Shown: positions 50,242 to 58,848 of the stretch, piece by piece
How the letters are laid out: every line of letters begins with the position of its first letter
Numbering within the stretch: position 1 is the stretch's first letter
DNA from: an uncultured Acidobacteriaceae bacterium
GTDB lineage: Bacteria > Acidobacteriota > Terriglobia > Terriglobales > Acidobacteriaceae
NCBI GenBank assembly: GCA_964246805.1
Contig: CAXTRY010000005.1
Span: 7,472 to 71,471, forward strand
Reading direction: 5' to 3'
DNA: 64,000 nt
Program-made: the position numbers and the translations under genes
Notes under the pieces: model-generated
Database searches by the model: none
Told to the model about the DNA's origin: nothing
The model's input: the letters and a program-made list of their open reading frames with translations, nothing else

Positions 50242-51132
50242 TTGCAGGCGTACATCGCATATGGAGCGGGCATCGAAAGCAATTTCTCTTTCGGTGCTCT
50301 TCCCGTCTACGACGATCCCTCCCCAGTAATTCATCTCGATGTCTGTTACCGGGATGTTCTGCCGCAAGCGCCCACGGACCTTACAGCGCTTTGCCAATCG
50401 CAAGGCCGTAACATCTACGTGCAGGTCATTGGCGAATCAATTCTTGTGCGTATTGGCGCTTTCGCAGCCTTTACTTTACTCCCGCAGAATGCCACGATCG
50501 CTTGCGAGTGCCTCCCGATTGTTCCGGAAGCCTTATTGCGTTACTGGATCGTTCAGCAGATTATCCCTATGTTTCTTCTTTGGAGGGGCACGGCGGAATT
50601 TTTGCACGGTATGGCGGTCGGCACCCATGAAGACTCCAATCACTCCATGGGTTTTCTAGGCGATTCCCACGCGGGCAAGTCAACGCTGCTCGGCTATTTT
50701 CTGTCGCGCAACCACACGCTCGTCAGCGACGACCATCTCGCCGTATCCCGAGAAAACTATTGCGACGTACTGCCGGCCACGCCCTACTACCGTCCTTATC
50801 GCGCCGGAGAAGACTTGGGCCATATCGCTAAAAAGTTTTCGCCCTACCCCACTCCGCTCAAACGCTTATATCTGTTGGAGCCGACCTTCGGTTACGCCGG
50901 CATTGAAGTTCATGAGCTGCAAGGCATCAGAGCCATGGAAGCGCTCCTTCCTCACATTCAGTACAATTTGCATAATCAGGGCCTCCCGCAACTTTTCCCA
51001 TTGGTAGCTAAGCGCTTTACCGGCCTCAATCAACTCATTCGGCAAGTACCGATCAAGCGGCTCTACGTTCCGCGCGACCTCAACCGTCTGCCGGAGGTCT
51101 ATGATTTTATTCAGAACGATTTAGCGAGCTGA
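50242..51132 (+). CDS. HPr-kinase-like peptide kinase (type found in lasso clusters)
   Basis: FLHG, Walker A GDSHAGKST and LVSDD motifs. Confidence 0.8.
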   Translation: MQAYIAYGAGIESNFSFGALPVYDDPSPVIHLDVCYRDVLPQAPTDLTALCQSQGRNIYVQVIGESILVRIGAFAAFTLLPQNATIACECLPIVPEALLRYWIVQQIIPMFLLWRGTAEFLHGMAVGTHEDSNHSMGFLGDSHAGKSTLLGYFLSRNHTLVSDDHLAVSRENYCDVLPATPYYRPYRAGEDLGHIAKKFSPYPTPLKRLYLLEPTFGYAGIEVHELQGIRAMEALLPHIQYNLHNQGLPQLFPLVAKRFTGLNQLIRQVPIKRLYVPRDLNRLPEVYDFIQNDLAS

Positions 51133-51136
51133 CCTC

Positions 51137-52153
51137 ATGATCCAATACGAAGTCTTCGGTCTCCTCTACACCCGCACCTGCCCGCTCTCCTGCCGGCACT
51201 GCATCATCGAGTCATCGCCCAAAGCCGAGGGCAAGATGACGCCCGAGCAGGCCAGCGCTTACATTAAGGTCATCCCGAAGTACTCCGAGCAGCTCTGTTT
51301 CACCGGCGGCGAGCCCCTCCTTTATTACAACGAGATAGTTCCCCTGATCCGCGAAGCCAAGGACATTGGCCTGCTGGTCTCGCTCGTCACCGGTGCCGGC
51401 TGGGTCAGCCGGAACAAGCCGGAGATTGCCCGTGAACGTGTTCGCGGCCTCAAGGATGCCGGTCTCGATACCCTCCTAATCAGCTGGGATGACTATCACG
51501 AGGAGTGGTCTTCAGCCGAAAACGTCGAGCTTCTTCTCGCGCTCTGCAAGGAGTTCGGCATTCCCACCTATGTTCGAGGAGTCATGGCCGCCTTCGGCCC
51601 AAACCCGCGCATCGAAGAAAAACTCGTTCAGATTCAGGTTCCGTACCAAAAGATCGAAGTCGTCCGCCTTGGCCACGCTTCCACGCTTCCGACCGACCAC
51701 TTCACCTTTACCGACATGCCTGGCCCCGGCGGCTGCGGCACCATCTTCCAGCCCGTGATTGAGCCGGATGGGTTTGTCTACGGCTGCTGCGGACCGTCGC
51801 GGCGCAGTCATCGCACATCGCCGCTGGTGCTTGGCAATACCTTCGACGAAGACCTCGACAGCATTCTTCATCGTGCCGTCCGCGATCCGCTGCTTGAAGC
51901 CATCAGCACCATCGGCCCTTTCGGCCTCTTCCAGCTTGTCAAGGAAGACCCCAGGCTCCGCGACCTGCTTCCTGTCCGTGACCAGTACACCGGCGTCTGC
52001 GAGCTCTGCCTCGATATGAACGACGTGCCCGAGGTGGTCCAGGGTCTTCGTGAGCGCATTGGCGATCACGACATCCGCACCATGCTCATGGCCGCTACGC
52101 TATTCCACAACTCCAGCCCTGAGTTGCGCGCTCTCGCCCGCTGTTCCATGTAA
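51137..52153 (+). CDS. radical SAM enzyme with twitch/SPASM-like Cys region, YydG/EpeE peptide-epimerase-like
   Basis: CPLSCRHC, FTGGEP, ISWDDYH, C...DGFVYGCC and CELC motifs. Confidence 0.8.
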   Translation: MIQYEVFGLLYTRTCPLSCRHCIIESSPKAEGKMTPEQASAYIKVIPKYSEQLCFTGGEPLLYYNEIVPLIREAKDIGLLVSLVTGAGWVSRNKPEIARERVRGLKDAGLDTLLISWDDYHEEWSSAENVELLLALCKEFGIPTYVRGVMAAFGPNPRIEEKLVQIQVPYQKIEVVRLGHASTLPTDHFTFTDMPGPGGCGTIFQPVIEPDGFVYGCCGPSRRSHRTSPLVLGNTFDEDLDSILHRAVRDPLLEAISTIGPFGLFQLVKEDPRLRDLLPVRDQYTGVCELCLDMNDVPEVVQGLRERIGDHDIRTMLMAATLFHNSSPELRALARCSM

Positions 52154-52202
52154 AGCTATATAGCCCGCTGGACGATATACCGTCTAACCGGTAGAGTATC
52201 GT

Positions 52203-52496
52203 TTGACGGAGATGCCGATGACCCCCGAAGCGACGATCACCATTCCAAAGTATGTCCTCTCCGAGTCGCTCAACGACGAGACCGTCGTGCTCGACATGAG
52301 TTCGGGCGTCTACTTCGGCTTGTCGCCGGTGGCCAGCCGCTTCTGGAAGCTCCTAGGCGAGGGAATCCCCCGTCCACAGATCGAGTCCGCTCTGCTCGCA
52401 GAGTTTGAGGTCGAGCCTGACACGTTGCGTGCCGACCTCGATAGCCTTCTCTCCGATCTTGAGCGAAAGAAGTTGATCGTTCGAGCTTCCAGCTGA
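52203..52496 (+). CDS. PqqD-family RiPP recognition element (lasso B1-like)
   Basis: DETVVLD...YFGLSPVASRFWKLL...EFEVE...DLDSLLSDL. Confidence 0.92.
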   Translation: MTEMPMTPEATITIPKYVLSESLNDETVVLDMSSGVYFGLSPVASRFWKLLGEGIPRPQIESALLAEFEVEPDTLRADLDSLLSDLERKKLIVRASS

Positions 52497-52503
52497 GCTC
52501 CGA

Positions 52504-53724
52504 ATGAACGAAGGCCCGGCCATGCAGGTCACACCCGAGATGCGTTTGCTGGTGCAATGTCTGCCCTCGGCGGCCACGGAGACACCATGGCCCATCTCGC
52601 CAAACGCAACTTTCGACTGGGATCGCCTGATCGAACTCGCCGGTTTTCATGGAATGTTCCCTCTTCTCGTTACCAGGCTACTTACCCCAGGCGCTCTCAG
52701 CGCTGTTATTCCGCCTGCTGTTCTGTCCCGCTTGCGCGCCAATCAGGCCGCCTACGTAGGCCGCAGTGTCACGCAACTCGCGGCGCTTGCGGAACTTCAG
52801 CGTGAGTTCGACCGCGAACACCTCCGTATCGTTGCCTGGAAAGGTCCCTCCGCCGGCCTGCTTCTTTATGGCTCGGCCACTCTGCGCGAATCCGCCGACC
52901 TCGATTTCCTCTTCCTTGAAGAAGATCTCCAGCCCGTCCTCAAAATTGCCCGCCGCCTCGGCTATGATCTCCTCGGCAGCTGCGACACGGAAAGCAAAGA
53001 CATCTACATCCTCACCAGGATGCGCGAGTTCACCTTCGGCCGCAAATCCGACCAGGCCGTGCTTGAGTTTCACCTCCAGATCATGCCTTCCCGCTTCACT
53101 CTCTGGCAGGATTCACAGGCCGACATCGAGCGCGCCGACCATTATCTTCAGCTCGGCGATGTGACGCTCCTCCTACAGCGCCCGCAAGACCTTCTCGTCA
53201 GCCTTTGTGCCCACGCCACCAAACACAACTGGGATCGCCTCAAATGGTCGGCCGATATCGCGCAGTTTCTCAAGCGCTACGCCACGGAGTTGGATTGGAA
53301 CGCCCTCATCACCGCGCTCGAGCCCACCGGGAAACACCTCGTCGTCCTGCTCGGGCTTACTCTGGCTGAGCGGCTCTACGGTGAACCCCTTCCGCCGGTC
53401 GTCGCCGGCTTGCTCCAGCGCACTCCGGACATCTCCATCCTTGCACAAGACGTCGTCGACCACGTCATGAGTGGGGAGACCGAACCTTCCTCCACGGAAG
53501 AACGCAAGGCTCTCGCCGATCTCCTTTGCCCTCGTCGTCGCGACCGTCTCGCCTACACGTTCATCCCCATCGTTGAACTCAACTACGAGGACCTCTATGT
53601 CCCCGTCCACAACCGCTTCCTGTTCTTTATCAACTATCTCTTCCGCGTCGTCCGGCTGCTCCGCAAATACGGGCCTCAGCGCCTGGCCGTTAAGACCGCC
53701 GGCTCTGTCCGCTCGGTGCACTAA
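52504..53724 (+). CDS. nucleotidyltransferase family protein (NTP_transf_5-like)
   Basis: WKGP...LYG...RESADLDFL, LEFH, HATKH and LKWSADI motifs. Confidence 0.82.
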   Translation: MNEGPAMQVTPEMRLLVQCLPSAATETPWPISPNATFDWDRLIELAGFHGMFPLLVTRLLTPGALSAVIPPAVLSRLRANQAAYVGRSVTQLAALAELQREFDREHLRIVAWKGPSAGLLLYGSATLRESADLDFLFLEEDLQPVLKIARRLGYDLLGSCDTESKDIYILTRMREFTFGRKSDQAVLEFHLQIMPSRFTLWQDSQADIERADHYLQLGDVTLLLQRPQDLLVSLCAHATKHNWDRLKWSADIAQFLKRYATELDWNALITALEPTGKHLVVLLGLTLAERLYGEPLPPVVAGLLQRTPDISILAQDVVDHVMSGETEPSSTEERKALADLLCPRRRDRLAYTFIPIVELNYEDLYVPVHNRFLFFINYLFRVVRLLRKYGPQRLAVKTAGSVRSVH

Positions 53725-53727
53725 ATC

Positions 53728-54204
53728 ATGGAGCGCGTTCTCCGCCCAATCCAATCTGCCAGCCGCTTTATGCAAAGGGAACCCGCCGAGCGCTGGCTGA
53801 TCGTCGAGGCCGCTTTCTATATGCTCTGCGCCAAGTTTGCCACGCTGGCAACGCCGGCCCGCACGCTGCTTGCCCTGGGCGACATCCCCACGCCACCTGT
53901 TCCGCCTTCACCTGAACTGCCGCAAGACGTCCGCGACGCCACGGAAGCGATCGAGCAGAGTAGCCTCTTCCTTGGTTTCGATAACTGCCTTACCCGCGCT
54001 CTTGCCCTTAGGATGCTCCTCGCCCGCCGCGATATTCCCACCGAGCTCCACATCGGCGCACGCAAGGATGAGCAAGGCGAGTTCGCCGCTCATGCGTGGC
54101 TGACCTATCGCGACACCATCCTGGTCGGTGGAGACGATGCCACCGCGCTCTATCGCGAACTTATCGGCTCCCACCACAGCCTGCTGCAACCATCGGAGCC
54201 TTGA
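53728..54204 (+). CDS. lasso B2-type leader peptidase (transglutaminase-like)
   Basis: NCLTRALAL, HIGARK and FAAHAWL (catalytic Cys and His). Confidence 0.9.
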   Translation: MERVLRPIQSASRFMQREPAERWLIVEAAFYMLCAKFATLATPARTLLALGDIPTPPVPPSPELPQDVRDATEAIEQSSLFLGFDNCLTRALALRMLLARRDIPTELHIGARKDEQGEFAAHAWLTYRDTILVGGDDATALYRELIGSHHSLLQPSEP

Positions 54205-54380
54205 AGAAAGCCGGTGTTCCCGTGGAGCATCTTTACGCGCGAAGGGGGCCATGCCTTTGGTCTCCCACGTACCAGGTTCCCAGCACCCGCATGGCCCCAG
54301 CTGGTCGAGATCTGGCTCACAACGATTGGTATGGTCCTCAGGTAAGGCCCTTCCGCCGTCACGGTCATCTCATAAACCAC

Positions 54381-55199
54381 ATGCCCGAACTTCCCGAAGT
54401 TGAAACCGTCGCCAACGGCGTCCATGACCGCGTTCACGGCGACACCATTCGCGCCGTCTGGACGAGCAACAAGCCGCAAACCTTCAAATCCACGCCCGCG
54501 CTGATCGCCGAAACCCTCACGGGAGCGACGATCGCCCGTGTGCACCGCGTCGGCAAAACAATCGTAATGGATTTAAAGCGTACCGGCTTGCGGGACACGG
54601 CTCAGTTCCTCGTCCATCTCGGCATGACCGGCCGGCTCCTCGTCTCCTCTCCGGAAACGCCCCAACCGCCCCACACCCACGCCATCCTCTCGCTCGCCGG
54701 CGGCCGCGAACTCCGTTTTGTGGACGCCCGGCGCTTCGGTCGACTCTCGGTTCACACGCCCGAGCAGCGCTACGAAGGACCCGGCCGCGAACCCCTCACC
54801 ATCACGGACGAAAACTTTCGCGCCCTCTTCCGCCATCGCAAGACGCCGATCAAGGCCGCGCTCCTCAACCAGTCCCTTCTCCACGGCGTCGGCAACATCT
54901 ACGCCGATGAGAGCCTCTTTCGCGCCGGTATCCGCCCCAGCCGCCAAGCCGCCCGCCTCACCCGCGTCGAGTCGCAACGCCTCCGCGAAGCCCTTCGGAC
55001 CGTACTCCGCCACGCCATCGAACTCGGCGGCTCCTCCGTCTCCGACTACGTCGACGCGGACGGCGTCCGCGGCTTTTTTCAACTGGAACACCGCGTATAT
55101 ATGAGAGGCGGCCAGCCTTGCCTCGTATGCGGAACCCCCATTCGCCGCACCGTTCTAGCTGGCCGTGGCACCCATTACTGCCCGAAATGTCAAAAATAA
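54381..55199 (+). CDS. mutM: formamidopyrimidine-DNA glycosylase
   Basis: MPELPEVE start, HLGMTG, GVGNIYADE and C-terminal zinc finger. Confidence 0.96.
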   Translation: MPELPEVETVANGVHDRVHGDTIRAVWTSNKPQTFKSTPALIAETLTGATIARVHRVGKTIVMDLKRTGLRDTAQFLVHLGMTGRLLVSSPETPQPPHTHAILSLAGGRELRFVDARRFGRLSVHTPEQRYEGPGREPLTITDENFRALFRHRKTPIKAALLNQSLLHGVGNIYADESLFRAGIRPSRQAARLTRVESQRLREALRTVLRHAIELGGSSVSDYVDADGVRGFFQLEHRVYMRGGQPCLVCGTPIRRTVLAGRGTHYCPKCQK

Positions 55200-55208
55200 C
55201 GAGGTATG

Positions 55209-55237
55209 TTGACGCCAGGCCGCACGCTTGCTATTGT
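55209..55237 (+). promoter_or_regulatory. candidate sigma70 promoter for rpsA
   Basis: TTGACG-17 bp-TATTGT with extended -10 TG. Confidence 0.55.
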
Positions 55238-55393
55238 CGTTAATGAGCTACTGCGTGTGGGAACCGAGAGCAGCTGCTCCTCTGCCAGAACAATCGCACA
55301 AATCGACGCATCCTCTCTTCGGATCGCCCCTTTGCTCTGCGAGGTACTGACGCTTGAGATGCAGGTATCTAGGTCCCGGAGTCCGCATCGATC

Positions 55394-57382
55394 ATGGTAG
55401 ACCTTCACAATCCAATTCACCCCGAGAGCCAACCCCTGAACACCCAACTGGAAACCCTAGCGCCTGAGGCGACAGCGGAACATACCGAGCTGTCTTCTGA
55501 ATCCACCCCCGCCACCCACAACCCTGATTTTGCCCCTGTCGATCTTCACGCCAGTTCCTCGGAAGAGCAAAGCTCCGCTCCGATCGCCGTCATGGCGTCC
55601 ACCGCGCCGGAAACTGAGACCGAAGAGGAAGAGCCGAATTACGATGCCGCCGACTTCGCCGCTGCCCTGGCCAACTTCGATCGTGAGCAGGCAGCCGAAT
55701 CAGCCGCCGCGCAGAACCTTACCGCGGAAGAGGTCATCGTCACCGGTACCGTCGTCAAGGTCACCGATAAGCACGTCGTCATCGACATTGGCCTTAAGTC
55801 CGAGGGGCTGATCCCGATTGAGCAAGTGGTCGACGCAAACGGTGTCTCGAAGTTTCAAACGGGCGACACGGTGGAGGTTGTGGTGGAGCGCGAGGAGCCG
55901 GAAGGCGGCTATCTCGTCAGCTATGACAAGGCCCTGAAGCACAAGGTCTGGGACAAGCTGGAACAAGCCTCCATCGATAAGGTTCCCGTCAAGGGCATGG
56001 TCCTCGGCCGCGTCAAGGGAGGCCTCACCGTAGACATTGGAATTAAAGCGTTCCTCCCCGGTTCACAGGTTGAGGTTCGGCCCGTCCGCAATCTCGACGG
56101 CTATATCGGCACCGAGATCGAAGTCCGCGTCATCAAGCTCAACAAGAAACGCGGCAACGTTGTCATCTCTCGCAAGGAACTGCTCGAAGAAGACCAGAAC
56201 GCCAAGAAATCTGTCACTCTCGCCACACTTGAAGAAGGCAGCATTCTCACCGGCACCGTTAAGAACCTTACCGATTATGGTGCTTTCGTCGATATGGGTG
56301 GCCTCGATGGCCTGCTTCACATCACCGACATGAGTTGGGGCCGTCTCACGCATCCCCGCGATCTGGTCAACGTAGGCGATGAGATCCAGGTCAAGGTCCT
56401 CAAGTTCGATAAGGACAAGCAGCGCGTCTCGCTCGGCTTCAAGCAGCTCACGCCCGATCCCTGGCTTGACGCCACCGAGCGTTATCCGATCGGCGCGCAG
56501 GTTCGCGGGCGCGTCCTCTCCGTCACCGATTATGGTGCCTTCGTGGAGCTCGAGCAAGGCATTGAAGGCCTCGTCCACGTCTCCGAGATGACCTGGTCCA
56601 AGCGGATGAAGCATCCGTCGAAGATGGTCAAGCCCGGCGACGAAGTCGACACCATTATTCTCAGCGTCAACCCGAACGACCGTCGTATCTCTCTCGGTAT
56701 GAAGCAGTTGCAGGACAATCCGTGGGAACAGCTTGAGGACAAATACCCGACCGGAGCAATTATCGAGGGTCGCGTTCGCAATCTTACCGACTTCGGCGCG
56801 TTCATCGAGATCGAAGATGGCATCGATGGTCTCGTCCACGTCTCAAACCTGAGCTGGACCAAGCGTATCAAGCATCCGTCCGAAGTCCTCAAGAAGGGCG
56901 AAAAGGTTCGCGCCATCGTCCTCGGGGTGGAGCCGGAAAATCGCCGCCTCTCCCTTGGCGTCAAGCAGCTGCAGCCGGATGTCTGGGATACGTTCTTCGC
57001 TCAGCATCGGATCGGTGACGTCATCAAGGGCAAGGTCCTTCGCACGGCGCAGTTTGGTGCCTTTATCGAGATCGCCGAAGGGGTGGAGGGTCTCTGCCAC
57101 GTCTCTGAAGCGGTGGATGATACCGGCAAGCCAGTCAAACTCGAAGTCGATCAGGAGCATGAGTTCAAGATCGTCAAGATGAATCAGGATGAAAAAAAGG
57201 TCGGCTTGAGCATCCGTGCTGTCGGCGAAGAGGCCAGCCGTGCCGAAGTTGAGTCGTACAAAGAGCGCGAGCACCACGGCGGCGGTAAGGGCCAGTCGAA
57301 CTCCGGCTCTTCCTCTTCCTCTTCGTCAAGCAGCACTACGCTCGGCGACTTGATCAATTGGAAGCGCTCCGAGCGCGAATAA
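55394..57382 (+). CDS. rpsA: 30S ribosomal protein S1
   Basis: Repeated S1 domains (DYGAFV...GLxHxSE/D); long acidic N-terminal extension. Confidence 0.96.
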   Translation: MVDLHNPIHPESQPLNTQLETLAPEATAEHTELSSESTPATHNPDFAPVDLHASSSEEQSSAPIAVMASTAPETETEEEEPNYDAADFAAALANFDREQAAESAAAQNLTAEEVIVTGTVVKVTDKHVVIDIGLKSEGLIPIEQVVDANGVSKFQTGDTVEVVVEREEPEGGYLVSYDKALKHKVWDKLEQASIDKVPVKGMVLGRVKGGLTVDIGIKAFLPGSQVEVRPVRNLDGYIGTEIEVRVIKLNKKRGNVVISRKELLEEDQNAKKSVTLATLEEGSILTGTVKNLTDYGAFVDMGGLDGLLHITDMSWGRLTHPRDLVNVGDEIQVKVLKFDKDKQRVSLGFKQLTPDPWLDATERYPIGAQVRGRVLSVTDYGAFVELEQGIEGLVHVSEMTWSKRMKHPSKMVKPGDEVDTIILSVNPNDRRISLGMKQLQDNPWEQLEDKYPTGAIIEGRVRNLTDFGAFIEIEDGIDGLVHVSNLSWTKRIKHPSEVLKKGEKVRAIVLGVEPENRRLSLGVKQLQPDVWDTFFAQHRIGDVIKGKVLRTAQFGAFIEIAEGVEGLCHVSEAVDDTGKPVKLEVDQEHEFKIVKMNQDEKKVGLSIRAVGEEASRAEVESYKEREHHGGGKGQSNSGSSSSSSSSSTTLGDLINWKRSERE

Positions 57383-57404
57383 CCATAACCGCTAATCACA
57401 AAGC

Positions 57405-57440
57405 ATGCAAAAGGCCATCCTCGCGGATGGCCTTTTGCAT
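57405..57440. terminator. bidirectional intrinsic terminator
   Basis: Perfect 16-bp stem ATGCAAAAGGCCATCC-TCGC-GGATGGCCTTTTGCAT between convergent genes. Confidence 0.88.
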
Positions 57441-57455
57441 TGCAATAAGCAAGGA

Positions 57456-58367
57456 CTAAGCGGTACTGGCTTGTTCGACCTGCTGATGCATCAGCGGAAA
57501 GGAAGTCGGTGCCATCTTAAGCGACGCCCGGCGCATCACTTCGACTTCTGCTGGCGCAAAGACCTCCGGGGGCACACCGGCGATCGCCACAAATCCAGGC
57601 GGATCGCCAAGTACCTCGGCTACTCTATTCCAATGCAGGTAAGGTGACGTCGTGGGGAGTACCACGATGCGGCGCTTCGGCTCTGGATATAGGAAATACA
57701 CGGTCCAAAGTAACAATGCCGCAGATGTTGCAACGCTGTTGACCACGTTGATCGACGAATGCAAGAGCTTGAAGTAAGCCAGCCAGCCAGAAGAGATTAG
57801 GTTGGAGACTGCTAGTAAACCAAGGCCCAAAACTACACCAAATGGCCTGCTGTTGAAAGTCAGCCCTAACGGTCGAATCGCCATACAGACAAACAGCAGT
57901 AAACACAACGTCATAACGGCCTGCGCCCTCTGCAAATAGGTAAGTAAACCTGTCGCATAGGCTGTACCGCTTGGATGCGGGATGAACATCACCGCAAGCG
58001 TCAACACGATAGATACAACAGCTACCCATCGGAAAACAAGCTCGCCTAAATCCTTAATACCATCAAGGGGAGCCATCGCTAAATTGAACAAGCTATAGAT
58101 CACAAGCAGGCTAAGGATTGCTTCCATGGCAAATCCTGTCCAGTACGTGAAGAAGTAAAGCTTGTAAGCGACGTGCGCCTCAATCCCATGACCGCCAAAT
58201 ATAAGCAGGGGATACAAAAGGACGCCAAACGCAACCCTTGCTTCAAGCAGAACCGCAAGAAGACGGAATTGCGACTCTTTATCTCGCCTGAGGATCACGG
58301 AGAGAGTGCTAAGACAAAGCAGCCATTCGATAGTCGTAAGGCTTACGGAACTTACGAAAGCGTTCAC
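57456..58367 (-). CDS. polytopic membrane protein (about 7-8 TM) of unknown function
   Basis: Hydrophobic helices plus soluble tail PEPKRRIVVLPTTSPYLHWN; RBS GGAGG. Confidence 0.8.
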   Translation of the reverse strand: MNAFVSSVSLTTIEWLLCLSTLSVILRRDKESQFRLLAVLLEARVAFGVLLYPLLIFGGHGIEAHVAYKLYFFTYWTGFAMEAILSLLVIYSLFNLAMAPLDGIKDLGELVFRWVAVVSIVLTLAVMFIPHPSGTAYATGLLTYLQRAQAVMTLCLLLFVCMAIRPLGLTFNSRPFGVVLGLGLLAVSNLISSGWLAYFKLLHSSINVVNSVATSAALLLWTVYFLYPEPKRRIVVLPTTSPYLHWNRVAEVLGDPPGFVAIAGVPPEVFAPAEVEVMRRASLKMAPTSFPLMHQQVEQASTA

Positions 58368-58428
58368 GCGTTACCCTCCGGGAGATCAGAATACCTCAAC
58401 CGGAAGGTACGCGCTATAACAAAAGTTT

Positions 58429-58614
58429 TTAATTTCTGTTACCAATGCCACAGGCGTTCGGATCGCTCGGCGGGCACATGGGAATAGGAAAGCGCCCATC
58501 TGTCTTGGTACGAGATGCCTGAGCGGCGGCTGTGGTCATGGTGGAGGACTGGAAAGAGGCAACAGTGCCGGTAACGAACAACGTGATAACGAAAGCGCGG
58601 ACGAGGTTTTTCAT
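58429..58614 (-). CDS. small secreted peptide with C-terminal PIPMCPPSDPNACG motif
   Basis: 61 aa, RBS GGGAG, Sec-type signal peptide, two Cys; directly upstream of the membrane gene. Confidence 0.78.
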   Translation of the reverse strand: MKNLVRAFVITLFVTGTVASFQSSTMTTAAAQASRTKTDGRFPIPMCPPSDPNACGIGNRN

Positions 58615-58848
58615 TTTGGGTCTCCCTTTAGATTGAGTCTTTACAGACTCAAGATTTTTCTGGACTCACCAGATGATGTAAACCTAATATGTGTAATGAG
58701 GCTCGTCTAGCTAATCTAAAGGTATAACCTTTTGATACATAAAAAGGTACTAAAGGAGGGTATCTACAGTCCGGCATGTAAAACTGACTTTAGATCCACT
58801 GCGTCAATCGAGCATCCCGCTCAGATGAACCATCCAGATTGCTTAAAG

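Noticed and set aside
50047-54204. Calling the cluster a canonical lasso peptide BGC
   Set aside because: No asparagine-synthetase-like cyclase is present, and the core has no Asp or Glu at positions 7-9 in the Thr(-2) register.
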